DNA of 64,000 nucleotides, from NCBI RefSeq assembly GCF_902713615.1, contig NC_052151.1, positions 184,181,242 to 184,245,241 on the forward strand, in the 5' to 3' direction. This DNA is from Scyliorhinus canicula. Lineage: Eukaryota. Shown here piece by piece: positions 1 to 12,173 of this stretch (within the stretch, counting starts at the first letter, position 1; each line of letters begins with the position of its first letter). A program made the translations under genes and the position numbers. Under the pieces are notes generated by a model. That model worked only from the letters and a program-made list of their open reading frames with translations, did no database searches and was not told where the DNA came from.

Positions 1-95
1 GTATCAGCCAGTGATTTGCGTGGGTGGGGGAATGCAGTTTGGTAATTTGGGTGGTGGTAGGTGGAACTGATGTCAGGAGAGAGGTGGAAACTTAC

Positions 96-320
96 CCTTG
101 CAACTCGGTGGAGACTGTTGGTCTTCTTCGACATTGGATATTGGTCCTCCTATCCACGCTGACTGCCGCGGTCACAGCCACCCAAGTGGCATTGGTGACC
201 CTGCTGCTTCCTCCAACCCTTTTAGTGGAACAGGACGTCCCGTCTTGCATCGTCGGTGTCCAGCAGCCTGTCCAGGTCAGCACCCCAAAGCGTGAGCAGG
301 TCTGCACGCTGCGCTGCCAT
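96..320 (-). pseudogene. Degenerate Myb/SANT-like DNA-binding ORF exon of a PIF/Harbinger DNA transposon relic (relic spans roughly 1-750)
   Basis: Frame-shifted translation reads MAAQR..RFG.ADLDRLLD..DARRDVLF...NATWVAVTAAVS..RRTNIQCRR..NSLHRVAR, then a GTAAGT donor. This fits the Harbinger SANT/Myb ORF pattern; it carries a stop and frameshifts. Confidence 0.55.
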
Positions 321-450
321 CCTGGTGTGTTGACTCGGAGTGAGCGGTTAGGGAGCATTTAAAATCAGCTCTCCCTTGTTAATGGCGAGAGGCTGAGGCA
401 CGAATCAGATGCTGAGACTCATTTTCGGCAATAAGTGCCATTAAATACAG

Positions 451-652
451 TAAGAAGTCTTACAACACCAGGTTAAAGTCCAACAGTTTTGTTTTGAATC
501 ACTAGCTTTCAGAGCAGAGCATTCATCTGAGGAAGGAGCTGCGCTTCGAAAGCTAGTGATTTGAAACAAACCTATCGGACTTTAAGCTGGTGTTGTAAGA
601 CTTCTTACTGTGTCCACCCCAGTCCTACGCCAACATCTCCACATCATGGCTA
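451..652 (+). mobile_element. Penelope-like inverted terminal-repeat insertion (long palindrome) with a 13-bp TSD
   Basis: 448-510 is the reverse complement of 548-610. CCATTAAATACAG flanks the insert at 438-450 and 653-665. Confidence 0.8.
521..562 (+). ncRNA. Minimal type-I hammerhead ribozyme motif (Penelope-associated)
   Basis: attcat-CTGAGGA-aggagc tgc gcttc-GAAAG-CTA-gtgatt: conserved core, stem II, short palindromic stem III (AGCT) and stem I TCAT/GTGA. Confidence 0.65.
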
Positions 653-1650
653 CCATTAAATACAGGCTATGATCTCACCAACACCGTTGTCAAGAAACAC
701 CCTGCCAATTGATCCTTGAATGACACTTAGAAAATCTTCCGTAAACCCATAGAATCAAACAGAATTGAAATCATGAGAGAACAGTATCGTGAGATGGACA
801 TTTGAAGAATGAGATTGAAATAGGATGGGTAAAAAGCCAGGAGCAGCCAAGACTGAACTCAGTAAAGGGATTCATTGTTTAGAACTGTTCCAGCTCACTT
901 TAACCAACGCTGATAGAGGATACATGCACACAGGTATCATAAGAAAAACTGAGGGCAAGAAATGTTACATGTGTTTGAAAATAATCAAATATGAGAATGG
1001 ACACCACAAAGATAGTAGAGAAGCTATGAGAAGGGAACATAAAGTATACCCACGTATTTGCCAGCTGGAAGCCTCATATGGCAAAACATGATTAGGCAGA
1101 TTTCCTACAAGCGAGGAAAAATTTTAGGGGTAAATTGTCATGTTTTGTCTGAATTATTTAATTTTTAATTTATTTATCGTGTAAAAGATCGCATGGTAGT
1201 AACTGAAAAAAGCCAGAAGTGCACTTGTGATTTATGCCAGAATTAGTTGTTCAACAGCCACCAATAAAAAGGATGAACCATAAGAAGTTCATAACACAAT
1301 AAAGTCCATTTGATCTATCATGTCAGTGCCAGCTCTTTGCTGGAACTTTAAACTCCATGCCCTTTACCTTTCTCAGCTTCAAATACTTTCTCAGGTTTAC
1401 ATTAAAAGGTGCATTAGTCTCTGCTTCAACCACTCCCAATAGCAAATCCTATCGACTGTATCCCCTGGGACTATTCTTTCACTATTGTGTTCAAAAAAAT
1501 ATTTTGTCAAATACAAATTGCATTTAACAATTTCACGATGGCCGACCTTTGATAACTCATACAATTCCAAATGCCATTGTCAATGTTTATACAAAGGATT
1601 ATCCTTTGTTGCTACTCTTTTCTCCTATTTATTTTGCACTGCATCATGTC

Positions 1651-1841
1651 AGGGGCTGGTTTAGCACACTGGGCTAAATCGCTGGCTTTTAAAGCAGACT
1701 AAGGCAGGCCAGCAGCACGGTTCAATTCCCGTACCAGCCTCCCCGAACAGGCGCCGGAATGTGGCGACTAGGGGCTTTTCACAGTAACTTCATTGAAGCA
1801 TACTCGTGACAATAAGCGATTTTCATTTTCATTTCATTTCA
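1651..1841 (+). mobile_element. Short tRNA-derived SINE (GGGGCTGGTTTAGCAC... family). Other copies: ~14171-14298 plus 15668-15733 (+), ~44990-45160 (-), ~56082-56270 (-), ~60440-60605 (-)
   Basis: tRNA-like A/B boxes (GGTTTAGCAC..GG; GGTTCAATTCCC), a (TTTCA)n tail and several near-identical copies in the window. Confidence 0.85.
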
Positions 1842-2029
1842 TGTGTAACTCTCAGTGATGAGCCAGTTTGCTTTCTCATTCCATAATGTAAGACCAAAGC
1901 ATCTTTACATTTCAGTGCTGTGATGAAATGTTTTATATAAGCCGGCACCCCAGGAACAACGGTCTGAATTTCTACAGCACCGTTCAGAATTGCAGGGGCT
2001 AAAAACTGAGTAAATTAAGGAAATTATGT

Positions 2030-5000
2030 CAGCAGAGAAAAAGTAATAGCAAAACTTGAGGGGCGAAAATCTGAGAAATCCCCAGGACCTGATGAACTCA
2101 GGTCCTAGAAGAGATAGCCGCAGAGATACTGGATGAGCCAGCTATGATTTTCCAAAATTCCTTAGATTCAGGAATGGTCCAACGAGATTGGAAGTTGGCT
2201 AATGTTAAGCACCTTTTCAAGAAAGGAGGGTGAGAGGAAGCAGTCAACTACAGGCTGGTGAGCCTAACATCAGTTGTCGCGAAATGCTGGAATCCCTTAT
2301 GAAAGAAATCTTAAGAATGCACGTAAAAAAGCAGAGTATGCTTAGAACAAGTCGATATGGTTTTACGAAAAGGAAATCCTGTTTGACAACTAGTAGGGTA
2401 GATAAAGGGGAACCAGTAGATGTAGTATACCCAGATTTCAAAAAGGCATTTGATAAGGTGCCAAATGGAAGGTTAAAAGGAACAAGAGTAGGCCATTCTC
2501 CCCATTGAGCCTGCTCCACCATCCAATTAGATTATGGCTAATCATATAACTCAGTCACTTTCCCACACTATTTCCATATCTCTTGATGGCATTAATCTCC
2601 AGAAATCTAGTGATTTCTGTCTTGAACATGCTCAGTTATTGAGCTTTCACAGCCCTCTTGAGCAGAGAATTTCAAAGATTCACGACCCTCCAAGTAAAGA
2701 AATTCCTCGTCCTCTTAAATGGCCGATCACCAATCCTGAGATTATGTCCCCTGGTTTTAGACCTGCTAGCTGGGGAAATATTATGCAAACATTTTGTATG
2801 TTTCAATTAGGTCTCCCCATGTACTTCAAAATTCTAGGGAATACAGACCGAGGGCGTGATCGAGTGGCCCCGTTCACAGATGGCATGAACCCTGATTTCC
2901 ATGAAATCAAACACTTTTTAATGTAATTAAAGCATTTATGCCAATTCCCCCCCCCCCCCAATAATGTATCCTCTGGAGGTGCAATGTCACACCAGCACAG
3001 ATCATGGCTGAGTTTTAAGTGTGAAAACTGGTCACGATGACCTCGCCTGGTAGTGCCAGGGGCACATGAATGGGAGCAGTGCCGCGAGGCTCTAGCAGGG
3101 GGGTAACCACATTGGGGGACACACCCTTATGTGTGGTGGCAGACGGTAAAGCTCACCTGGCATGGGATTTATGAACCTTCAAATCAGTTAACTTTTCAAA
3201 TGCTACCTCTTTACTAATACTAAGTTTTTTAGTTCCTCAGTTTTGTATGTATCTTGGTTGCGTAGTATTTCTGGGAGATATTCTGTATCTTCCATTGTGA
3301 AGACAGATGGAAAATAACGGTTTAGTTTCTCTGCCATTTCCGTTCTGTACTAGAAATTCCCCTGCCTCCACCTCTAATGGGCCCACATTTTTCCTTGCTA
3401 ATGTTTTCCTTTTCACATACCTAAAGAAGCTTTTACAGTCTGCCATTATGTTCTTCACTAGTTTGCATTGAAATTCTACTTTTCCCTTTCTTAATCAGTT
3501 TTTGGTCCTCCTTTGCTGGGTTCTAAATTGCTTCCAAAAGGTAAGATAAGTGCTCATGGAGTTGGGCGTAACACTTTAGCATGATTAGATCGCTTAACGC
3601 ACAGAAAGCAGAATGAGAGTAAATAGTGTTTTTCAAGTTGGCAGGCAGCAAATAGTGAAGTGCTACAAGGATAGTGCTGGGGCCTCAGCTATTTACAATC
3701 TCTATTAATTACTTAGATGAAGAGACAGGGCTTTTAAAAATTATTTCATGGGGTGTAGTTGTCTCTGGCTGGGGCAGCATGTATTGCCCATCCCAAATTG
3801 CTCTTGAACTGAGTGGCTTGATAGACCATTTCAGAGGGCATTGAAGAGTCAACCACTTTGCTGTGGGTCTGGAGTCACGTGCAGGCCAAACCATGTAAGG
3901 GTGGCAGATTTCCTTCCATGAAGGGTATTAGCGATGGATTTTCATGCCAATCAATAATGGTTTCATGGACTTTAAATTCCAAGTTTTTATAAAATTCAAA
4001 TCTCACCTATCTGCCGTGGTGGGATTCGAATCCGGGTCCCCTGGAGCATTGCCCTGGGTCTCTGGATTACTAGTCTAGTGACAAGTAATATATCAACATT
4101 TTATGATGATACCAAGCTCGGTGGGAAGGTACGAACATACGAATGAGGAGGAGTAAGCCACTCGTCCCCTTGAACCAGCTCCACCATTCAATAAGGCCAT
4201 GACTGATTTAATTGTATCCTGAACTCCTAATTTCTACCTACCCTCGATAGCCTTTCACCCCCTTACTTATCAAAAATCTGCCTTTCACCCCCTTCCTTAT
4301 CAAAAATCTGCCTTTCACCGCCTTACTTATCAAGAATCTATCTACCTCTTCCTTAAAATATTCAACCACCTTTTGACTAAAGAGTTTCAAAGACTCTTGG
4401 CCCTTGGGGAAAAAGAAATTTCATCTGTGCCTGAAATGGGCAGCCCCATATTTTTAAACAGTGACCCATAGTTCTAGATGTTAAGCTTTGGGGAGAACAC
4501 AGAAAAACTGCAAAGAGATATAGACAGGTTAAGTGGGAAACAAGATGGCACATAGAGCATAACGTAAGGAAGCACAAAGTTATTCACTCTGGCTGTAACA
4601 ATAGAGAAGCAGAATTTAAAAAAAGTATGAAACTGATGTTCAAAGAGACTTGAGTGTGCTTGTAAAAGGAACACAGAATGTTAGCATGTAGGTGCAGCAA
4701 GCAATTAGGAAGGTAAATTGGCCTTTATTATTGAAGAATAAAGAAGTCTTGCTACAGTTGGACGAGGTTTTGGTGAGACCACATTTGGCACAGTGTGCAG
4801 TTTTGGTCTCCACATTTAGGAAAGGATATATTTACGTTGGAGGTGGTACAGTGAGGGATCACTAGCTTGGTCCCTGGAATGAGAGGGTTGTCCTATAATG
4901 AATTGGGCTTATATTCTCTAGAGTTTAGAAGAATGAGACGCAATCTCATTGAAACCTAAAGTATCCTAAGGTGGATTCATTGGATGGACGCTAAGAGGTT

Positions 5001-5320
5001 GTTTCCACCAGTTGGGGAATCTAAAACACAACGGTAGTCTCAGGCTGAGGGACTAATCATTTAGGACTGAGATGAGGCAAAATTACTTCACTCAAAGGGT
5101 GGTGAATCTTTGGAATTCTCTACCCCAGAGGGTTGTGGAGGCCCCATCATTGAATATATTTAAGGCTGGGATAGTCAAATATTTTTGTCTCTCAGGGAAT
5201 TAAGGGATACGAGGAGCAGGAAGGAAAATGGAGTTGAAGCCCGAGATCAGCCATGATCGTACTAAATAGAGGAGCAAGCTCGGGCAGTCACATGGTCTAT
5301 TCCTATTTCTTGTGTTCTCA
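2030..5320. mobile_element. Cluster of decayed CR1-type LINE fragments (mainly +, with an inverted piece ~3180-3540) and nested short repeats
   Basis: RT motifs such as VDKGEPVDVVY.DF.KAFDKVP and FFRYVKRK..VGPL, plus CR1 3' tails (GATCAGCCATGATC...). Confidence 0.75.
4251..4340. repeat. 30-bp tandem triplication (CCTTTCACCCCCTTACTTATCAAAAATCTG) inside a CR1 tail
   Basis: Three consecutive copies are directly visible. Confidence 0.9.
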
Positions 5321-5846
5321 GGATTTCCCAAAGTGAAATTTTACAGCAATAAAGTATTTTTAAAGTGTAATCACTGTAGAAAATGAAACAAAGTCCCATA
5401 AACAGGTGGTTGAAGGAGAAATAATGATCAGGACGTGAAGGAGAACTCTGCTCTTCTTCGAATAGTGCCAGGGGATCTTGCACATCAACCGCACAGGACC
5501 TTAGTTTAACATCTTAATCTGAAATACAGTGCAGCCCAGATGATGTGCTCAAGTCTCTGCATTTAAATGAAGAGTATTTTTTCTGACCTGAGGCTAACAG
5601 CGTGGTCAAAACACAGGGATAAACTCAAAATTCATAAGGTTTTAATTTTCCTGCATGAGGCCTGAGGCTGTTTAAATGTCAATGACATGGCACACCTCCT
5701 GTAAAACTGGAATGATAAGTGCAAAAGAGTGTAGTCATTTCTATCCTCTTGCCTGCTCACAAGCAATGCCAGCAAACAAAAGGATTGAGTGGGGGTCTGC
5801 CTGAAGAATGCTTGTTACACTATGTGTCTTATGGAGAGAAGCTTAC

Positions 5847-7417
5847 CCTCGACATTTCATTTTCCAGTTGTTTTTTACGATGCAACCTCTGCTGATGTGA
5901 CTTGAGCACATTCTCCACGTGCTGCTCCATGAAGAATTTGAAGGCTTGCGAGGAGTAAATTTGAATCCGTGACTCTCTACGTTCCTCATCCTTTTTGTTT
6001 TTCCTAACCGGGACAGGTGATGTCGTAATCTGTTTCTTGTCCTTTTCTGTCGCATCAAACCGTTCCCCGTATTCAGCAGCCTCATCCTCTTCTGTGCTCG
6101 GAGTAACTGGTGGTATGGACTGCTTTGCTGTGTGTTCGTCTTTATTGGCTTTAGCGACGGAATCATAAAGTGGCACAGATTGGTTCTGCTGAAGCAAGTG
6201 CTTGGGGTACGGCGGAGGTGGAGGCTGGTAACTCGGAGTTTCAGCCAGAGTGGGACACTCGGGAACTGGTCCAGTCTGCTGCATCCAGGGAGGGTGAGTA
6301 GGTGCGAGTGCAGTCTGCAGCTCGGGTTTCTGTACACGGATGCTCTTCACAGGCTGCAGAATAGGGGCAGGGGTAATGGCAGTCACAGTGGTGGCGGATG
6401 GTTGGGAGTTAGAATGAGGCTGCCGGCTGGACAGAAGGTGATTGTTGAAGGAATTGGACCGTACAGGTGCATTCAGGTTTTGAGATGGGTGCCAGTTAGG
6501 CATCTCCAGGCCACCACTTGAAGACTGGGGTTGGGATGGAGGTGGCTGTGGCCACGAAGATGCACTCGTAGGCGCACTGAGGTTGTAAAGATCCATGTTC
6601 TGGCTGTTGCGGTTCGGCACCATAACCGACTGTGAAACATTTCCATTCAGGTTGCTGCTGTAAGTGGAAGCAGCAGTGCCACCAGCTTGCATCTGGAGGG
6701 CACTGGGACTCAGTCGGCTAGACTGAGAGTGAGAGTATGGTGGTGGTTGGCGACTCACTGGGTTTCCTCCCATAACACTTGCATGTGAGACAAAATGGCC
6801 ACCTATTGAGCCATCTGGTTGCACTGATCCATTCTGGTGGCCTGTTCGGCTTGCTGGGTAGTTGTATTTACTACAGGTGGCATTTTGCATGATAATAGGT
6901 TGCCTACCCAGTGGAATAGGACTAATCCCCCTCTGGCCTTGGGGAGGTGGATTCATCATAGAGGCAGCACCAAGATTGGCTGGCGGGAACCCATCCTGCC
7001 AGGCTCCTTGTGGCACAGGAGATATCCGCGTGATCATATAGTCCATGTTTCCAGAGAACCGTTTTGGCTGCTGGTTCCCCTCCCAGGAGGATGGGGGAGG
7101 AGTGGTGCCACGTGGGGGAGGAGTCTGTCCTCTGGGTGGAGGTGGTGGAGGAGTTACACTCCTCACTGGAAGTGATGGTTGGGGATTCGCTCTCTGAGAG
7201 TTCACTGCTCCCAAAGGTCCCTGTCCACTCTGGGTGTATGCAGTTATTCCAGAACTTGAAGACAACGGCCGACCCATTTCTACCTGGGGGACAGGGCTGT
7301 CTGCTCGATATACCACGCCATCCATCAGTGATGAACCATGTCGCTGTGCAACCAAAGATTCTTTTGAACCCTTCCAGCTTGGCCTCCTGTTAACTGTTTG
7401 CTGAACAGTGTTTGATG
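5847..7417 (-). CDS. LATS1: LATS1 large coding exon (proline-rich region, two PPxY motifs, start of the pre-kinase region)
   Basis: Acceptor ...cctaaacag|CA at 7417; donor AGG|GTAAGC at 5847. Translation ..NRRPSWKGSKESLVAQRHG..RQPPPY..PILQPVKSIRVQKPELQTALAP..PPPPPYPKH..SQAFKFFMEQHVENVLKSHQQRLHRKKQLENEMSR matches LATS1. Confidence 0.96.
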
Positions 7418-8719
7418 CTGTTTAGGAAGATGACAAAAATAAAACAATGATAATGTAAATTGACATCAGGAATTCAAACAAGATACAGTTTAGAAGATTA
7501 AATGACTTTTGCAGAGGATGAAAAATGCAACAATTATTATTCCTCCCATATTAGATTGCCAATTAGCTTCATAATATTGTACTTTTCACCTCCATTCTCT
7601 GATGAATATCAGTTCATCAGCTGAGGGGAATCATAACTGGGAAATATCAAAATCAAGCATTCCAAAGTGAAGCACAGTAGCTGGCTGCAGAGTAAAGCGT
7701 TGCCTTTTTTTATATATATTGTAGACCTTGGCCTCCCTACTTCTGTAATCCCCAATCCTAGGAGAAGCTTACGCGCCTCCATTTCTGGCCTTGTAAATCC
7801 ACAATTTTCACTGCCCTCTCTCTTCCTTCTCAAAAGCTACCTATTTCCTTGATGAAACTTTTGTTTGCCTGTCCCGATATTTCCTCGTGTGGTTTGGTGT
7901 GAAACATTGTTTGATAATGCTCCCATGAAGTTCCTAGTTTTTAAAATTGCTGTAAAGGTACGATATAAATGCAAGTTGTTGTTCCCTACTCTAGCTGTTC
8001 AAATAATATGCCTTAATTTCACAACACTTTTAAAATGCTCAACGTCTCACACTACTTACGGTCTGCAAAGGATTGCTAATTTATTTCTAGCTTGTGCTCA
8101 ACAGGTCCTGTAGAATTCGGCATGACTCATGCAAGTCCAACCACGATTTAGGATATCAAGAAGATAATTATTTTAAAAATATATGAGCACAAATATGTTA
8201 GTCTGGTGAAACTTGGATACTTTAAAATGTTTAAAAGCAACTAATTGTGTTTAGCCCCAAAATGCTGCTCAGCTGTTTACACTAACTGTCTGGGTACAAC
8301 TGAGTTCTCACTCCTAACTTCCCCTACAGCGGGGAAGCAGTAAGTAATACTGGAAATATTAACTGAAAATACAATGTTGAAAATGCAGGTTATTTGGAAG
8401 TTTCAAAACTGAGATTGATAGGAAAGGGTATCACGGTTACAGAACCAGGTCTGGTAAAAAGAGAAAAGGATAGTTCAGCTTGAGAACTGAATGACACACT
8501 CCTGTTTTTATGTTCTGTCTACAGATCATTAGACCATTCACTGTCTCTGTGCTGTCAACATTCCTAACTCCACCCAAACTACCCTGATCATTAACAATTT
8601 AGTCCGATGGCTCCATGCCCATAGGGAAGTCGACTTTGTACTTGCCGGAGGAAAGTGTTTGTGCTGAGCTAACAGAGGTGCGGATCAAGGGGAAGCCTTC
8701 AGACATGAGGTAACATTTT

Positions 8720-8905
8720 AACAAAAACAGAAAACACTCAGCAGGTCTGACAGCATCGGTGGAGAAAAAAGGGAGCTGGATGACTCTTTGTCAAAGCTCG
8801 AAACGTTAGCTCCCTTTTCTCCCCACAGATGCTGTCAGACCTGCTGCAATTGCCCAGCATTTTCTGTTTTTGTTTCAGATTCCAGCATTCGCAGTAATTT
8901 GCTTT
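8720..8905. mobile_element. Penelope-derived palindromic terminal repeat (second family) with a broken hammerhead. Related copies: ~38255-38345, ~53495-53615, ~55645-55760
   Basis: CAGCAGGTCTGACAGCATC...GATGCTGTCAGACCTGCTG inverted arms; TTGACAAAGAGTC and GAAACGTTAGC half-motifs. Confidence 0.7.
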
Positions 8906-9234
8906 AATCTAAAATTTTAACAGTTAAACTAGGAAACGCAGTGAGGCTAACCCACTCCACCACCTAATGTCCCCAACAGAAAATTTAGTCACTCCAATAG
9001 CTGTATATAAATAGCTACTTTGAAATAAATATTGTCTTAAAACAAACCAATAGACAAAAAGTCAATTGATCAAACATATGTAGCTACACCTCTCTCCCAT
9101 TGTGTGCTCTCTTCCACTGCTCAACCAACTTCAGATACAATAAGCTTTGTACAAATCATCAGATATCCCCATACTCCATGGAAAGGGAGATTCAACTCTT
9201 ATCTCCTACATGCTTAGACTCATCTTTACACACA

Positions 9235-10860
9235 AAACTGAAGCCAATGGGAATCAGGGGAAAAACGCTCCACTGATTGGTGTCATACCTAGCACCAAGG
9301 AAGATGGCTGTGGTTGTTGGTGGTAAATCATCTCAGCTCTAGGACATCGCTGCACAAGTTCCTCAGGGTATTGTCCTAGCCCCAACCATCTTCAGCTGTT
9401 TCATAAATGACCATCCCTCCATCATATGGTCAGGTGAGAATTTCACACGTGATTTCGCAGGCTCAGCACCATTTACAACTCCTCAGACACTGAGCAGTCT
9501 GAGTCCATATGCAGCAAAACCTGGACAACATTCAGGCTTTGGCTGATAAGTGGCAATGACATCAATGTCACACAAGTGACAGGAAATTACCATGTCCAAC
9601 AGGAGAAAAGCTCACCATCTCCCCATGACATTCAATGGCAGTAACCCCATTATCAACATCCTTGGTTACCACTGACCAGAAACTAAACTGGACCAGCCAT
9701 ATAAATACTGTGGCTACAAGACCAGGTCAGAGGTTGGGAATTCTACAGCAAGTAACTCAGCTCGTGAGTCCCTAAAGTCTGTCCATTATCCACAAGGCAC
9801 AAGTGGGAAAAATAAAAAGACAACAGGGTCAAATAGAGACACAAGCACGTGGACAGATAAAGAGACATACACGCACGGGGACCAATAAAGAGAGACACAC
9901 GCACACAGGGACAAATACAGAGACACACGCACACAGAGACACACACACAGGGACAAATACAGAGACACACGCACACAGGGACAAATACAGAGACACACGC
10001 ACACAGGGACAAATACAGAGACACGCGCACACAGGGACAAATACAGACACACACACAGGGACAAATACAGAGACACACATGCAGGGACACATGCAGAGAC
10101 ACGCACAGGGACAACTACTGAGACACGCAAACAGGGACGCAAATAAAGAAACATACATACAGGAACCAATACAGAGATACACAGACAGAGACAAATACGA
10201 GACAAACAGACTGGGACAAATACAGAGACACACAAGGACAAATAGCGAGGGTGTGATTACAGGGATATGGCAGGGGGTTTGGACCTCGGTAGGGTGTTGT
10301 ATCTGAGGGAGTGTGCAGACACGATGCGCCGAATGCCTCCTTCTGCACTGTAGGGATTCTATGATGGAATACTTTCCACTTGCCCGGATGACAACAACAT
10401 CAGAAGCTCGATACCGTCGAGGACAAAGTTCACTTGATTGGCGTGCCATCCACAATCTTAAACATTCACTCCTTCCACTACCGGCACACAGTGGCTGCAG
10501 TGTGTACCATATACAAAATGCACTGCAACAACTCACCAAGGCTCCTTTGACAGCACCTTCCAAACTTGCGACCTCTACCACATAGAAGGACAAGGGCAGC
10601 AGGTGCAGGGGAACACCACAACCTGCAAATCCCCCTCAAAGTCGCACATCATCCTAACTTGGAAATATATTGTCGTTCCTTCGTAGTCGCTGACTCAAAA
10701 TCTTAGCACCCCCCCTCCTAACAGCACACCAGCACTGTTGATACAGGAAATGAGACCATAGCGGTTCAAGAGGTGGCTCACCACCACCTCCTCAAGACAA
10801 TTACAGATGGTCAACAAATGCTGGCCTAGCCAGTGATACCCACACCTTGCGAAAGAATAG
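9235..10860 (+). mobile_element. Decayed CR1-like LINE 3' portion, interrupted by a minisatellite and a SINE fragment
   Basis: VPQG.VL.PTIFSCFIND RT motif, ..WADKWQ.. and a typical 3' UTR. Confidence 0.7.
9810..10245. repeat. Minisatellite, ~26-28-bp unit ACACACGCACACAGGGACAAATACAGAG
   Basis: More than 10 degenerate tandem copies; it produces the spurious C/V-rich ORFs. Confidence 0.9.
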
Positions 10861-10879
10861 GTGTTCAACCCCAGCAGGG

Positions 10880-11300
10880 TAACTGCAGAAAGACATACAT
10901 GTGACAGAGTGGAAAATGGGGAGGCAAACAAAGAATTCATAACAGCAAAATACATCTTTGTCTTCATGTGCTGGATTGGAATTTTTCAGAATACAATTGG
11001 CCAATATATATCTGGATAATTTATGTTTCCAATCCTACTCCTGGAGAGGAACTTAGTGAACATTCTTTCCAACTAGTGGGCCTGGATTGTGCTGATGCCA
11101 AAGTCCAGTGCATCAATCAAAAAACTACTCTGGTCTTCCGAGGACACCTGCGTGATCCAAGTACATGAGACCCACCAGTACATTGAGGAGACCAAAATAA
11201 AGCTGATTACTGTTGTACAGTATTTGCAGTGAAGTATTGATGCCGAATCTACAACTGGGTTTCCAACAAGATGTTCGGTGGCAAAATGATCTGCAGAAGT
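10880..11300 (+). pseudogene. Possible ancient piggyBac-like transposase relic
   Basis: Frame-shifted IYLDNL..SNPT..EELSEHSF.LVG ... KIK.ITVVQY...IDA ... RWQ resembles the piggyBac YxDNxYTS / KP..V..YN..MGGVD / RW.K motifs; highly degenerate. Confidence 0.3.
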
Positions 11301-12022
11301 GCATAGTATCAAATTCCTTGCGCAGTGAAGCAGTTGAGGCTCCTTTATTAAATGTTTTAAAGATAAAGATAGATAGCTTTTTGATGAATAAAGGGATTAA
11401 GGGTTATGGTGTTCGGGCCGGAAAGTGGAGCTGAGTCCACAAAAGATCAGCCATGATCTCATTGAATGGCGGAGCAGGCTCGAGGGGCCAGACGGCCTAC
11501 TCCTGCTCCTAGTTCTTGTGTTCGAAATATGAAAGGGAATTGTTTTTACAATAGCACAGAAATATAAATGTCAATGGTGATGTGAAAACCCAAAGCAGTG
11601 GAATCACCAATAAACATCACTGCAATATAAAATTCAGGTTTTGTCTAGTATTGTAAATGCAAGGCCTAATAATGGTGACCCCGTAAAATTGATCACATGA
11701 CCGAGGTCCCAGGTTCGATCCCGGCTCTGGATCACTGTCTGTGTGGAGTTTGCACATTCTCCCCATGTTTGCGTGGGTTTCGCCCTCACAATCCACAAAA
11801 TGTGCAGGGTAGGTGGATTGGCCACGCTAAATTTTCCCTTATTTGGAAAAAATTAATTGGGTACGCTAAAAAAAATTTTTTTTAATTGATCACATGCAAG
11901 AGGATGCTGCTACCTCAACAGGAGTTGATAACCAAGTGTGTGAAAGGAACCAGTAACAAAGATACAAAGTACATCTTAGAATGAATGAGTTAAAGGCGAT
12001 GTAGTGTTTCAGTTATGTATAC

Positions 12023-12173
12023 CTGATGTTTTCACACTTGCATTCATTGGTCTTGCAGCTGCAGCGACCATCTGCTCTCGGCGTGTATCCTGGTAGCTCA
12101 TCTTACTGATGTATTCAATTGCAGCCTCGATACTGCGGCTGTTGGTCTGCTTGAGAGCTCGAACTACCATGTC
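12023..12173 (-). CDS. LATS1: LATS1 coding exon (UBA domain C-terminal half)
   Basis: tttctag|GAC ... TCA G|gtatac; 151 nt. DMVVRALKQTNSRSIEAAIEYISKMSYQDTRREQMVAAAARPMNASVKTS; phases match both neighbouring exons. Confidence 0.96.

Noticed and set aside
1651-1735. tRNA gene
   Set aside because: It is the tRNA-like head of a multi-copy SINE; no clean cloverleaf, and it continues into a SINE body and tail.
5829-7355. Stand-alone 508-aa gene as listed in the ORF track
   Set aside because: It is an internal LATS1 exon; the real limits are the splice sites at 7417 and 5847.
9743-10593. Cys/Val-rich ORFs
   Set aside because: They are translations of an AC-rich minisatellite.
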